Source: a virus. Taken from it: DNA of 64,000 nt. Below are positions 16,318 to 27,083 of this stretch, piece after piece. Within the stretch, counting starts at the first letter, position 1, and each line of letters begins with the position of its first letter. Under the pieces are notes generated by a model, which was not told the origin of the DNA, did no database searches, and saw only the letters and a list, made by a program, of their open reading frames with translations. The stretch covers positions 1-64,000 of the IMG/VR virus record IMGVR_UViG_3300022700_000278. One strand, written 5' to 3'. The translations under genes and the position numbers were made by a program.

Positions 16318-18570
16318 ATGGACAAGGGCTTGAACAAGAAATCTAACGAGTCAAATGGGATGCGGAGCAATTCGTTTGTCGTCAAGTCGGTTCCCTCTCC
16401 GGTAAAGGTATACTCTCAAAATATCGGTCGGAAGAGGGCTCCTTCTCTTATGTGGGAGCCCCCAGAGTGGGACCTTGCTGAATGTAGCAGGATTGCAAAT
16501 ACCGAATCATATGTCCGGAGAGCGTTCGCAATAAAAGAGTCCCTCTTTAAGAAAGAAGGATATCGTTTTGTTGGAAAGAATCCTGTTCGGGTAAAGTATA
16601 TAAAAGAACGAATTAAACAAATGGAGCAGGCGGGGGGAACCCCTTTTAATCTGCTTATGTCCAAAACAATCAGCTCTCTTACTTGGCTGAACAATGCCTT
16701 TTGGGTTAAAAAGAGAAATTACAAAGCGTCTGGAGGAAGAAAAAGAGAGAAAGACGGAAAGGTTCTTTCTCCAACGGCTGCTTATTTCTTTCTTCCTGCG
16801 GAAACGGTTCGCTTTAAGAGAGATGAGTATGGGAAGGTAAAGAAAGTTCAGCAGAAGATTGGCAATAAAGAACCAGTTGATTTCTCTCCTGATGACGTTG
16901 TCCATTTTTATTTTGACCGGCAAGAGGGCTTCTCTGTTGGCACTCCTCGTATTGTTCCGGTAAAAGATGACATTCGAGCGTTGCGTAGGATTGAAGAAAA
17001 CCTAGAGCTTCTTGTCTACCAGCATCTTTTCCCGACTTTTCACTATCAGGTTGGCACTGAGAACGCCCCAGCCGCAACGCTGCCTGATGGGCGCGATGAA
17101 GTTGAGGTTGTCAGGGATGGCGTCGAAGCAATGCCTGCAGATGGGTGTTGGGTTACGCCAGAAAGACACACGATTAACGTGTTGGGGGCAGAGGGAGAGG
17201 CGCTAAAAGTTGATGAAATCATTGATCATTTCAAAGAGAGAATTTTTATCGGGCTAGGAGTCAGCTCTGTTGACATGGGTATTGGGGGAACCTCAAATCG
17301 TAGCACAGCGCAAACGATGTCTATGAATCTTATCAACCAGATTAAAGCGGAACAGATTGAGTTTGCTGAGTTTTTGAATGCCTATGTTGTGAACGATCTC
17401 TTAGAAGAGAGTACTTTCCGAGAAGACACTTTGGGAGCAGAAGAAAATGCGGTTTCTGTAGAGTTCAAGGAGATTGATCAGGAGAGTCGAATTGCTCTGG
17501 AAAACCACCTCTCTCAGATGTATATGCAAAACTACCATACTCATGACGAGATGCGCATTGCAGGTGGGGAGGAGCCTTGGACAGAAGAGGACTGGAAGAG
17601 TTCTTATTGGACACAAATAGACGAGCCTACCAAGATGATGCAGTCTCTTGACGAGCCGTACAGTCCTCTTTCCAAGGCGGTTGCCAGGGCGAACACCACT
17701 GCTGTGGAAGAGGGCGATAGGGCAGAGGCAGAAGCGAAGGCAGAAAAAGAAAGAAAAGAAGAGGTTGGTGCTAAAAAGGTTCAACTTAAGCCACAAGCTA
17801 CAAAAACCAGATCTAGTTCTTTGCCCAAGAACAAAAGCGGAAATAACAGAAATCAACCCGAGAACCAACATGGCAAGAGAAAAGCGCCTAAACACAACAA
17901 GGATGTTTTTGTAGACTATCCGTCCGACAATCCGGTTGTCTTGGCTACGTCCATGGGGACGTTGTTTGGGCGGACGCCTCCGGTTCAGCAAACATACGAA
18001 GATGTGAAAGGGTCGGTTATAAGAAAGATCAAATTAGACGGATGGGAGAAAGAGGCGATCGGTGCTGTTTTGGGGATGGCGTTTGAGGAGGCCAAGGACA
18101 AGCTGGTCTCTAGAGCAAGAAGAGCCTATCGTTTTGGGATAGAAGACGCTGGTGCTGACATTACAGAAGTCTTGCCGAGTCGAAGAGACGGGGAGATTGC
18201 TAGGCATGCGACTAGGTATTGTGACAGATTAAGAGACGAGCTGATTAAACATTTCGAGGACAATCTTGTTCCTGGAAAGTATTTAAACAATGAAAATGCG
18301 ACACTGGCAAGGTTGGTTTTTGATGCGTTGGCATCTCGTTCTAAAATGATTGATGAGAGTGAGCCAATGAGGGCGTATAATGCTGGGCTTGCTGATTCAT
18401 ATAGAAGAAAAGGAGCCGAAGTAATCGTCCCGTTTACAACGAGCGTGCAACCTTGCGAAACTTGTAAACAATCCTCTTTGCGGTGGACGAAGGCAGATGG
18501 TATACTTTATGAAGAATTGCCTCCGCTTCACCCTGGGTGCTCGTGCATGGTTGAAGTTGATGCGAGTTAA
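16318..18570 (+). CDS. Portal protein with C-terminal MuF/SPP1-gp7-like domain
   Basis: Position between TerL and protease; FSPDDVVHF..GFSVGTPRI portal-like segment; C-terminal PCETC..LPPLHPGCSC. Confidence 0.85.
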   Translation: MDKGLNKKSNESNGMRSNSFVVKSVPSPVKVYSQNIGRKRAPSLMWEPPEWDLAECSRIANTESYVRRAFAIKESLFKKEGYRFVGKNPVRVKYIKERIKQMEQAGGTPFNLLMSKTISSLTWLNNAFWVKKRNYKASGGRKREKDGKVLSPTAAYFFLPAETVRFKRDEYGKVKKVQQKIGNKEPVDFSPDDVVHFYFDRQEGFSVGTPRIVPVKDDIRALRRIEENLELLVYQHLFPTFHYQVGTENAPAATLPDGRDEVEVVRDGVEAMPADGCWVTPERHTINVLGAEGEALKVDEIIDHFKERIFIGLGVSSVDMGIGGTSNRSTAQTMSMNLINQIKAEQIEFAEFLNAYVVNDLLEESTFREDTLGAEENAVSVEFKEIDQESRIALENHLSQMYMQNYHTHDEMRIAGGEEPWTEEDWKSSYWTQIDEPTKMMQSLDEPYSPLSKAVARANTTAVEEGDRAEAEAKAEKERKEEVGAKKVQLKPQATKTRSSSLPKNKSGNNRNQPENQHGKRKAPKHNKDVFVDYPSDNPVVLATSMGTLFGRTPPVQQTYEDVKGSVIRKIKLDGWEKEAIGAVLGMAFEEAKDKLVSRARRAYRFGIEDAGADITEVLPSRRDGEIARHATRYCDRLRDELIKHFEDNLVPGKYLNNENATLARLVFDALASRSKMIDESEPMRAYNAGLADSYRRKGAEVIVPFTTSVQPCETCKQSSLRWTKADGILYEELPPLHPGCSCMVEVDAS

Positions 18571-18588
18571 TTTGGAGGCCTTAGTAAA

Positions 18589-20622
18589 ATGCCGAAGATT
18601 GAATTTAGAGATTCTTTCAAGCTTGTTCTTCCAGAAGAAGAGCAGCTAAAAGAGTTCAAGGACTTTTCTGGTGACTCTGGGCCGAAGAAAAAGCTCAGGG
18701 TTGCTATAGATGCTACGCATGCTGGAATTACAAACCTTAATTCTCGGTTTTATATTCCGTCTTTTATGGAAGACGGGGTCGACAGGCTTTCTAAGGGGAA
18801 GCCTCGTCCTATACTAAAACATCACAAGGGTGATCAGGATCCAGTTGGCAAGTTAGTGGGAGCAGAATATGTTCATACTGTCCCAAATGAGCTGGCTGAT
18901 GTCGCGCCTGAGGTGGCTTCTCTAGTTGACCAGACGGCTTCTTTAAAGAAGAAGGTCCGTTCGGCAAGAAAGTTTATTAAGAGAGGAGTTGCGGCTGCAG
19001 AGGATTGGAAGGGGCTTGGCTATGCAAGGCTTTACGCCGACATTTCAGACGACAAGGCCGTAGATCAGTTAGAAAAAGGTTTGTTTGATTCTGTGTCTGT
19101 TGGGTTCACTTCCGATCATGCCTTCTGCAGTATTTGTGGGGCAGATTGGCTTGATGACGAAGATGGGTTCTGCGAGCATTTCCCGCCAGGTGGGGTTTAT
19201 GAAAACGAAGATGGGGAAAAAGAAAAACAATATATAATTCCTGGCAAGATGGACATTAAAGAATGTAGTCTTGTTAACTTCGACGCAGATCCACTTACAA
19301 ACATTTCTATTGAGGGCTATGACTTCGGAGACGTTGACGATAAGGAGATCTCTCAGGATTGTCTTTTCGATAGTAAATCAACGTGGAGCGTGCAGGATTC
19401 TAAGGAGGAGTCGAGCATGAAGCTCACTGTTAACGGAGAAAAAATTGAGCTTACTGATCGAGCGGCAGAGGTTTTCAAACTGTTAAAGAAAAAGTTTGAG
19501 TCTGACGCAGACAGTTATGTTTTAGAAGCCACAAAGAAGATTTTGTCGGATACAGAAGATGTTTCTGATGAAAAAGCGGCTGAGTCTTACGAGAACAGTC
19601 GCGCAGAAGATCAGAAGGTGGGAGCCTATGCTTCTGTAGAAGAAGAGATTGACAAGATGGTGTCAGACGGAGAGCTGACCGAGGAAGAAGCGAAGGATGC
19701 AAAGCTTTCTTCCAAGGAGAGAAAAGGACTGCCAGAGAGCGTGTTCTGTGGTCCCGATCGTTCGTTTCCTGTGAACGACAAGGCTCATTGCACAGCAGCA
19801 AGAAGACTTATTGGTCGATACAAGGGGCCGGGAGATAAGAGCAAAATCAAAGCTTGTATTGAGCGAAAGTGCAAGGCGCTTGGGGTTGACGACAGCGACA
19901 CGGACACCAGAAGCTCTGCGCCATGTCCTGCCGAGAAGCAGGAGGGAAAGAGCAACGATGATCTTCTGGCTGACTTTTACGCAACAGAGGCAGAGGTAAT
20001 CCGACGCGGCTTAAAGCCGGAGAGGCCCTGTAGTCAATGTGCAGACAACATGAAAAAGGCTGACGAAGCGTTGTCGGAGATTGGCGGCGTTAGGGAAAAG
20101 CTTGAGGATGCGGAAAAGACACTGGGTGTGCTGCGTGACGAATTGCGTCTTTGCAGTGCAGACATGCGCTCTGCTGTTAACGAAAGCATTGATGTTCGGC
20201 AAGAGTTGGATCTTATGAAGAAGGACTATGCTAGTTTGCTGGCGGTTTTGAACAAGGACAAAGACTCTTTAGAACAGGCAAAGGCTTTCTTTGACGAAGT
20301 AGAAGACTTTGAGAAGGAATACAAAAAGCTTACTGATTCTTTTGACTTGGATGGCTTTGTGGTAAACTTTTCAAGTGGGATGGATCACAAACCAGAGGGA
20401 ATGGTGAAAACTCCGCTTGTTAGTGGCGACCTCGACAACAGTCAAAAGCCTTCTGGGCTGTCAAAGCCAGCCCAGGCTGCTATCCAGACAATTAAGGACT
20501 TTGTGAGTGATGGAAACAAAGACCGCGCGCTGGCTCTCTTTAACAAGATGCGTGTTTTCGGGGTCTTTGCAGACGACGTGAAATTTGAGGATTTAATCGA
20601 CAGCACCAATGCTGACGAATAA
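18589..20622 (+). CDS. Prohead protease/scaffold fusion
   Basis: ATHAG..NLNSRFY, PILKHH..DPVGK, FDSVSVGF..CSICG..CEH, ECSLVN.DAD; acidic coiled-coil C-terminal half. Confidence 0.85.
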   Translation: MPKIEFRDSFKLVLPEEEQLKEFKDFSGDSGPKKKLRVAIDATHAGITNLNSRFYIPSFMEDGVDRLSKGKPRPILKHHKGDQDPVGKLVGAEYVHTVPNELADVAPEVASLVDQTASLKKKVRSARKFIKRGVAAAEDWKGLGYARLYADISDDKAVDQLEKGLFDSVSVGFTSDHAFCSICGADWLDDEDGFCEHFPPGGVYENEDGEKEKQYIIPGKMDIKECSLVNFDADPLTNISIEGYDFGDVDDKEISQDCLFDSKSTWSVQDSKEESSMKLTVNGEKIELTDRAAEVFKLLKKKFESDADSYVLEATKKILSDTEDVSDEKAAESYENSRAEDQKVGAYASVEEEIDKMVSDGELTEEEAKDAKLSSKERKGLPESVFCGPDRSFPVNDKAHCTAARRLIGRYKGPGDKSKIKACIERKCKALGVDDSDTDTRSSAPCPAEKQEGKSNDDLLADFYATEAEVIRRGLKPERPCSQCADNMKKADEALSEIGGVREKLEDAEKTLGVLRDELRLCSADMRSAVNESIDVRQELDLMKKDYASLLAVLNKDKDSLEQAKAFFDEVEDFEKEYKKLTDSFDLDGFVVNFSSGMDHKPEGMVKTPLVSGDLDNSQKPSGLSKPAQAAIQTIKDFVSDGNKDRALALFNKMRVFGVFADDVKFEDLIDSTNADE

Positions 20623-20647
20623 GAAAGATTACTAGGAGGTTAGGACT

Positions 20648-22078
20648 ATGGCAATTGATCGAGGATACACTGCCACTCATAAGTTCTATGATGAGATGGG
20701 GCGAATCACTCCCAACTGGGAATGGTCGGAGTCTCATCGTCCGCATTTTGAGGGGCAAGTGGCGCAGTGGCTTCCTGTCGTTCGGTATGAGAGGGAGCTT
20801 AATAGTTGGTTCGTGGTTAGTGCTGGTAAGCCAGTGGCTTATGACCGTGCCGGACATTTAGTTCTTGCTGGTTACCGCAAGGCTTTCGCCCAAGGCGAGT
20901 CCGACGTGCTTACGTATACTTCTGACGATTACGAGGCAGGTACAATTGACCTGACTACGGGAGAAGCGTACGACACGAACGGCACCACCAACTATGACAC
21001 TTCTGACATTACAACCGCCCTTCGTGCTCGTGGTCTGATTCGGGAGTCCGAGTATGCCATGGACTTCATTTCGAAGCCAATCGGGTTTGCGTCTTACAAC
21101 TATTACCAGGCAGCGGGGAGCGATGTTCGCAACCCAACCACGTACACGTACCACAACTTCAAGCCACAAGAGCTTGTTGCTATCACGTGTGACTACACGG
21201 CGATTGTGCCGCTGCTTCCTGCAAAGGTAGCTAGCGAGACCATGAACACAGACAATACCGGCGGTGCGGTTGGCGACCTGACTTCAAACGGTCTCGGTAC
21301 CGGGGGCTGGTACAATGCTGAGCAGATTAACAACTTCACTCGGTATTCAAACAGCGTTTCTGCTTCGGATGATCTTGTGTGTTACGTCATGGAGTATTAC
21401 CCCATCGCACACAACACGAGCGACACACCTATTTCGGTGACAACGGTTGGAGCAGGGGCTCTCACCACAGAGAAGAGCAAGCTTTCGGACGTTACTTCGG
21501 CAGGAGATTACTACATCGACTACGATGCTGGTGTTCTTTTCCTATATGAGGATGGCGGAGACGGCATCCCAACTGGATGGTCAGTGGCCGATACTATCTC
21601 ATACTACCACTATGAGAGCGGGGTGTCTGCAGGAGCGAGCAGAGTGTCTTCTTACTTCTGCGCGACTGGGGACGTTAAGCTTGGCGACTTTGTCACCTAT
21701 AACGCAGACAGCAACCTCATCCCGGCAGAGCTAGATATTGCTGACGCCGAGGGATACAACGCTGGTGGTAGTGCGTACAGTGCCGATCCAGAATATGACA
21801 GTGGAAACGATGCTGTGGTTTCTCTGCAGCTAGAGCAGGCTGTCATGAATTATCAAAACGGAATCGTTGGGCAGGTTATTGGCGAGGTTACCTATCCTCG
21901 CGATGCCCTGGAAAGGGTTCGCACTGCTTTTGAGAGCGGGACGTCGCCTAACATCCACACTGGTATGACCAATGCAATTATGAAGGCTCCTGGGAGTGCT
22001 ACTGGTGGTCGCTCTGACCAACTGACTTATGCTAATGCTGGAGAAAAACTCCTTATCGTGAACTTAATTCACCGATAA
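20648..22078 (+). CDS. Head structural/decoration protein
   Basis: Between protease and MCP; SD GGAGG; Thr/Ser/Gly/Asp-rich beta composition. Confidence 0.7.
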   Translation: MAIDRGYTATHKFYDEMGRITPNWEWSESHRPHFEGQVAQWLPVVRYERELNSWFVVSAGKPVAYDRAGHLVLAGYRKAFAQGESDVLTYTSDDYEAGTIDLTTGEAYDTNGTTNYDTSDITTALRARGLIRESEYAMDFISKPIGFASYNYYQAAGSDVRNPTTYTYHNFKPQELVAITCDYTAIVPLLPAKVASETMNTDNTGGAVGDLTSNGLGTGGWYNAEQINNFTRYSNSVSASDDLVCYVMEYYPIAHNTSDTPISVTTVGAGALTTEKSKLSDVTSAGDYYIDYDAGVLFLYEDGGDGIPTGWSVADTISYYHYESGVSAGASRVSSYFCATGDVKLGDFVTYNADSNLIPAELDIADAEGYNAGGSAYSADPEYDSGNDAVVSLQLEQAVMNYQNGIVGQVIGEVTYPRDALERVRTAFESGTSPNIHTGMTNAIMKAPGSATGGRSDQLTYANAGEKLLIVNLIHR

Positions 22079-22099
22079 GCCTTGAGGAGGGTTAAGAAT

Positions 22100-23353
22100 A
22101 TGACTATGATGGAAGAGCGGCTAAGCAAGGCATTCGGCGAGGATCCAAAAAACCACAAGCTGTATGCCGACGCTTGGATGAACAACGGATGGAGTGATAC
22201 TCTGGGTGGACGCCTAGAGTTCAAAGACTTCATGGCGACTTCGAATGCTCAATATTGGCTGCCGAAGACCGTAGAGGAAATTGTTCGCGAACCCGTAGAG
22301 CCTCTTACAATTATTCCAAAGATCATGGATAGAGTAGAGGCTCGGAATGGGGCGAGAATTACGTTCCCGGCCGTTGGTAGCCTGGTAGCTTACGACCTTG
22401 CTGAGGGTCAGGCATACCCCGAGCAGCAGCTAAACATCTCTCCCGGGACCATGACGGTAAACATCGGGAAAACCGGTCTTGCTTTCAAGATCTCAGAGGA
22501 GATGCGTAGAAACAGTCAGTTTGACGTGATCAACATGCATCTGCGGCAGGCACGTCAGGCGCTGGATCGTCACAAAGAGGTTAAGGGGATGAACATGATT
22601 TCGGGCATGGGGACTACCCTGTTCGACAACAAGACTCCCGCAACCGCTGTTTATGGCGTATGCACTGGCCGAGACATTACCGGTAGTGGAAACGGTTCTT
22701 GTACGATGGAGGATCTTGTCAAGGCATATTCCTTCATCATGATGCAGGGTTTCCGTCCCGACACGATTCTTGTTAATCCAATGACGTGGTCGATGTGGAT
22801 GGCGGATCCTTTAATGCAGGCTATCGTCAAGAACACTGGTCGTGGCAACTGGTTCCAGCCCACGAACATGCCACAGTCTAGTAGGCCGTGGGACAATGCC
22901 AGCCAGGGTGGCCTAGGCAAGTCTTCTGGTCGCCAGTACACCCCTGGTAACAATGCGGCAAGTGCAAGCGCTTCTTCTGGCTCGGACATCGACCAGACAC
23001 TTACAAGCGCGCCGCAGATTCCTGGGTATTTCCCAGAGCCGCTTAACGTCATTGTGTCGCCATTCGTGCCTTATGATTATGACAATGACCTGGCGGACAT
23101 CATGCTTTTTGACTCGAAGAACCTTGGTGCTCTTCTTGTTGAAGAAGATGTTATGATGGACGAGTGGGAAGACAAGTCGGTAGACTTAACCAAGATTAAG
23201 CTTCGTGAGCGGTATGACTTCGGCATCTATCACGATGGTCTTGGTATCGGCGTGCTGCGGAACGTGCCAACTGAGCCAAACCGCATTGCCATGCCGGTTG
23301 AGCCTACGGTTACTGGTCTGAGCGAGATTTCGAGCACCAGTTCGGTACTGTAA
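22100..23353 (+). CDS. Major capsid protein (HK97-like)
   Basis: LAEGQAYPE, KTGLAFKISEEM..SQFDVI, PDTILVNP, IKLRERY; SD GAGGAGG; followed by a terminator. Confidence 0.9.
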   Translation: MTMMEERLSKAFGEDPKNHKLYADAWMNNGWSDTLGGRLEFKDFMATSNAQYWLPKTVEEIVREPVEPLTIIPKIMDRVEARNGARITFPAVGSLVAYDLAEGQAYPEQQLNISPGTMTVNIGKTGLAFKISEEMRRNSQFDVINMHLRQARQALDRHKEVKGMNMISGMGTTLFDNKTPATAVYGVCTGRDITGSGNGSCTMEDLVKAYSFIMMQGFRPDTILVNPMTWSMWMADPLMQAIVKNTGRGNWFQPTNMPQSSRPWDNASQGGLGKSSGRQYTPGNNAASASASSGSDIDQTLTSAPQIPGYFPEPLNVIVSPFVPYDYDNDLADIMLFDSKNLGALLVEEDVMMDEWEDKSVDLTKIKLRERYDFGIYHDGLGIGVLRNVPTEPNRIAMPVEPTVTGLSEISSTSSVL

Positions 23354-23380
23354 GGCTGGGCTGCTGATTGATTAGCGGAT

Positions 23381-23422
23381 AAGAAAGGGGCGGGGCCCTA
23401 GTCGCCCTGCCCCTTTCTTTTT
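23381..23422 (+). terminator. Rho-independent terminator after MCP
   Basis: AAGAAAGGGGCGGGGC-loop-GCCCTGCCCCTTTCTT followed by a T-run. Confidence 0.85.
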
Positions 23423-23450
23423 GTTTGGTTTCTATAGAAGGGAACATGCA

Positions 23451-24074
23451 ATGCGTGTTGTGAAGATCAGGCTGGTTAAATCGAATAGCTTTTGGTTTTT
23501 AAACAACCTGCAGCTTGGGCCAGAAAATTCAGTTAGTGAGCCAATAGATCTGGATTCTGTTGACAGCACCGTAATGGCCAAAATAAAGTCGGCGGAAGAA
23601 ACCTTTGGTTTAATTCGTCTTGTGCCCCAGCCAGAGGGGGTAAAGCCAACGTTTGTGATAGAAAAATCTAAACCAGCGAGTTATGTATTCCCTCGACATC
23701 GGCCAATCAAGAAGATCATAAAAGACAAAGCGTCTGTTGCGTCGAAAGAAATTTTAACTCGACAAGAAGAGAACAAAGAAGACGTTCCAGAGGTACAGAG
23801 TGTTACTGTTGAGAGTGTTCCAGATGTCGAGGAGTTGCCTGGTCAAGAGGAACCCGAAATACAGAAGGTTGAGCCGTTAGAAGAAGACTTTGAAGAGGCC
23901 GAGCTTATTTTGAAGCAGAATGGCAACACGGTAAAGAGAATTGTTAAAAACCTACACAGGCCGGAAGAAGAAACTCGGCGTCTTTTGCTGGCGTGTTTAG
24001 AGGTAGAGAAGAAGAACAAAAAGCGAAAAGGCACTGTTGCTGCTTTAGAAGAAGCCTATCTCGAGGTGAGCTAA
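23451..24074 (+). CDS. Hypothetical head-associated protein
   Basis: Follows MCP; C-terminal EKKNKKRKGTVAALE; ATG 23451 (track start 23421). Confidence 0.7.
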   Translation: MRVVKIRLVKSNSFWFLNNLQLGPENSVSEPIDLDSVDSTVMAKIKSAEETFGLIRLVPQPEGVKPTFVIEKSKPASYVFPRHRPIKKIIKDKASVASKEILTRQEENKEDVPEVQSVTVESVPDVEELPGQEEPEIQKVEPLEEDFEEAELILKQNGNTVKRIVKNLHRPEEETRRLLLACLEVEKKNKKRKGTVAALEEAYLEVS

Positions 24075-25832
24075 TTGGCGACCGTTCCTAGTGTTGTTAG
24101 CGTATATCCCGCCCCTGGTGCTCGGGGGGTTATTCTCAAAGACCAAGTCAAGGTTCTGTTTGATCAGGAGATGGACGAGACCAGTATCAATGCTGGTTCG
24201 TTTGTTCTTACCGGGCCGGATGAGGATTTTGTTTTTGGGCCAGACTATAATCCGTTAGACAGGCCTGGGATAGAGGACGAGGGAATTTTAAACTCTCCTT
24301 ATTATCCTGGGTTTGTTAAGGGAGAAATTACTTTCCAAAGAATAGATTTGTACGGATCTGAAACAGATGCTGTTGACTATGACGGAGAAGGCAATAAATA
24401 CAGAACGCTTGCTATATTTACACCAGATCAGCCTTTAGCTCCCGGAGTAGAATATACAGCTATTTTAGCTGGCGACGAAAACACCAGCGACGATTACGAC
24501 ACAGGAGCGAGAACCAGGACCGTATTTGACACGCAAGAGGTGAGCGTGTCCGGGTCTGGTTCTGTGAGCTTTGGTGGCGGATATGCCGGAGACAATGAGG
24601 AAACATACTTTTTAGAGATTACGTCTGGTGGGTCGACTGGTGGTGCAGAATATATTTGGTGGAAAGAGTCTGCTCCGCTAGATACTTTCCCCGGGCTTAC
24701 CACTACAGGGCGAAGAGAGATTGAGGAAGGGCTTTGGGTAGAGTGTGCTGCGGACGGAAACTTTTCCGTCGGAGATCAGTTTAAAGTAGTTTGTCTTCCT
24801 TCTTATGTCCTGGAAGACAACTATAGGTGGTCATTTACAACGGGCAGTGGTTCTATACAAACGCCTCCGTCTTCATATTCTACTTCTGGAATAGTAGACG
24901 TTGGGGGCAGTACCGCGGCTGGGGCTTCTGGTGCTGCTTTCTCTGTATCAAGCATAACGCCATCAAGCCGCTCTTACGAAGTAAGCACCGACCTGTCTTC
25001 GATAGTGATAGAGCTTTCTGAGACACCAGATTCGGCCACGATTTCTGACAGTGATTTTTCTATATATTCCATGCCTGTAAATGGAGACCCGTATCTAGAT
25101 GCTCAAGGAGACATCTCTTTTTCTGTTTCCGTTAGTGGCAGCACCGTGACTTTAGAGTTAGATCCAGATCAGTTACAGGCAAATGAGCTTATCCAGATAG
25201 AAGTTAGTGGGATACAAGACGCGGACGACGGAACGGAGTTGACTGAGTTTTCTTCTTTCTTCACCACAACATATAGTCCTATGTATACCAGCATCAGGTT
25301 GATTCGTCTCGATCTGGGTCCGATTATCTCTTCTGTGCCAAACGAAACGGTTATGCTTGCAGCTTTTGAGGGGAGTCTCTTTGTTGATGCGGTGTCGTTT
25401 AAATCTCCGGCCGGGAATCCAGAATTCTTGGCGATGGCGAAAAAGCGATTAGCTACCTGTATGGCAGAACTCATTCTTCTTAGGGGGGCGGTCGGTCTTA
25501 GCCTTGGTCAGAACATGAGCAAAACTTTGGCCGATTTAAAGGTTTCTCGAGGAGGCGGAGACATAGATGCAACCAGGAAGCTTGATGACCTAGAAGAATG
25601 TATTGCCAGGTGGCGAGTCCCGGTGGAGACCGGAGGAGAGGTTTCTTCCGACGGCAGTCTCCTTCCTATGTATGCCGTGAAAGGCTCCAAAGCCGAGGAT
25701 GCTGTTGGAGTGGGAAGAGAGTGGGAGCCCACTTCTGGTATTGGTGTCGACAGCACGCCTGCTGCCAATGCGTTTAGGCGTTCTACAAGTCGCCGTTGGA
25801 TCAGGACGTACAAGAAGCGGAGAAACAGATGA
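24075..25832 (+). CDS. Ig-like-domain protein with probable C-terminal head-tail adaptor domain
   Basis: PSVVSVYPAPGA..VLFDQEMD..FTPDQPLAPGVEYT..WSFTT (Big_5-like), a second Ig-like repeat, then YTSIRLIRLDLG..SKTLADLKVS. Confidence 0.7.
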   Translation: MATVPSVVSVYPAPGARGVILKDQVKVLFDQEMDETSINAGSFVLTGPDEDFVFGPDYNPLDRPGIEDEGILNSPYYPGFVKGEITFQRIDLYGSETDAVDYDGEGNKYRTLAIFTPDQPLAPGVEYTAILAGDENTSDDYDTGARTRTVFDTQEVSVSGSGSVSFGGGYAGDNEETYFLEITSGGSTGGAEYIWWKESAPLDTFPGLTTTGRREIEEGLWVECAADGNFSVGDQFKVVCLPSYVLEDNYRWSFTTGSGSIQTPPSSYSTSGIVDVGGSTAAGASGAAFSVSSITPSSRSYEVSTDLSSIVIELSETPDSATISDSDFSIYSMPVNGDPYLDAQGDISFSVSVSGSTVTLELDPDQLQANELIQIEVSGIQDADDGTELTEFSSFFTTTYSPMYTSIRLIRLDLGPIISSVPNETVMLAAFEGSLFVDAVSFKSPAGNPEFLAMAKKRLATCMAELILLRGAVGLSLGQNMSKTLADLKVSRGGGDIDATRKLDDLEECIARWRVPVETGGEVSSDGSLLPMYAVKGSKAEDAVGVGREWEPTSGIGVDSTPAANAFRRSTSRRWIRTYKKRRNR

Positions 25833-26431
25833 CGCTGGATCCTTGGCACACATTATACCTAGACTCCAGTAGCAATCGGGGCACGGTGTCTTCTCCGTGG
25901 TCCTCTGACTCTTCTGGCGGAATAGAGTTGGATCTTCGCAAAGAGATGAAAGAGTTTTTGCATGGATCTGCAGGCGAAATTGCCAAGGGCAGAACCGGTC
26001 TTCTAAGAAGAATCAGAACAGACTCTGGCGGAGAAAAAGTTAAATGTCCTTGCAGGGATACAGTAACCGACGAGCCAGATCGAGACTATTACTGCCGTCA
26101 ATGTAACGGGACGGGATATCTTTGGGATGAGCGCGAATTAGTGTATTATAAAGATGATGGTTCTTTGGAATTAGAAGAAGAAGTATTGTTCTATGTGGAG
26201 TATTTTGTAGAGCCGGCTAAAGAAGACTATGTTGTTGAGTTAACAAGAGATATTGACGGCAGCATAGTTTCTAACAAAGAAAGAAGGCTTTACAAAATAA
26301 CAGAGGCCGAACCCTTTCGTTCAGATAACGGAAGGGTAGAGTATTGGCGTTGCAGAACCAAATATATGAGGGAATGGTCAGTCTGGTATGGTGTCCCGAG
26401 TAGACAACACGAACCTACCACCGAATCTTGA
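25829..26431 (+). CDS. Head-closure/neck protein with Zn-finger
   Basis: CPC..YCRQCNGTGY; C-terminal RSDNGRVEYW; neck position. Confidence 0.6.
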   Translation: MTLDPWHTLYLDSSSNRGTVSSPWSSDSSGGIELDLRKEMKEFLHGSAGEIAKGRTGLLRRIRTDSGGEKVKCPCRDTVTDEPDRDYYCRQCNGTGYLWDERELVYYKDDGSLELEEEVLFYVEYFVEPAKEDYVVELTRDIDGSIVSNKERRLYKITEAEPFRSDNGRVEYWRCRTKYMREWSVWYGVPSRQHEPTTES

Positions 26432-27083
26432 GGAAGCGGATTCGCTTCAACTTGTTAAGTGGTATCAGACTCGGTTTATAAAAGAAAACCGAGTAACGTC
26501 TAAGTTTCCGAAGGGAAGGGACGTTAATGAGTTTTTTCCTTTGGTTCACAAGGCCCTATTGTCTAGAGAGAGAACAGACAACATAAAAGAGGGAAAAGAA
26601 CTTCTGTTCGTAGAGGAGGATCCCCCCGAGGACCTGGATACGGAGGCAATTACTTTTAGGATTCAGTCTAGGTCTCCTGGACAGTTTTCGCAGGGGCCTG
26701 CTGGCGCGGGGACGCACAAAGAAGTTCGGCACCACATCAGGAACGTTGAAGAGCACCCAGAGCATGCAACGGAGAAGCTAATTACACTTGGAAAGTTTTA
26801 TGACAACCAAATTAGATTCAATGTGTATGCCAGGACAAACAAGCGGGCGAGAGAGCGCTTGCTGTGGTTTACATCAACAATGGATTCGTATCTCTGGTAC
26901 TTTGCTTTGAATGGATTTAGGGTCATAGAAAATGGCACTGGAGACAGGGAGAGGCCAGAAATAGGAGGACTGACTGTCGTTAGATATCCGGTTTCATATT
27001 ATGTGAGATCAGAAGATGTTCGACATTTAGGGACTCAGGAAATAAAGAGAATATTACTTACTTTAGACGTAGACTCAGAGTAA
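26388..27083 (+). CDS. Tail terminator/completion-like protein
   Basis: Immediately upstream of the sheath; FNVYARTNKRA. Confidence 0.55.
   Translation: MVSRVDNTNLPPNLEEADSLQLVKWYQTRFIKENRVTSKFPKGRDVNEFFPLVHKALLSRERTDNIKEGKELLFVEEDPPEDLDTEAITFRIQSRSPGQFSQGPAGAGTHKEVRHHIRNVEEHPEHATEKLITLGKFYDNQIRFNVYARTNKRARERLLWFTSTMDSYLWYFALNGFRVIENGTGDRERPEIGGLTVVRYPVSYYVRSEDVRHLGTQEIKRILLTLDVDSE

Noticed and set aside
11040-23353. Inteins or group I introns in terL, portal or MCP
   Set aside because: Motif spacing is continuous; no intein termini (C/S...HN) or homing-endonuclease motifs were noticed
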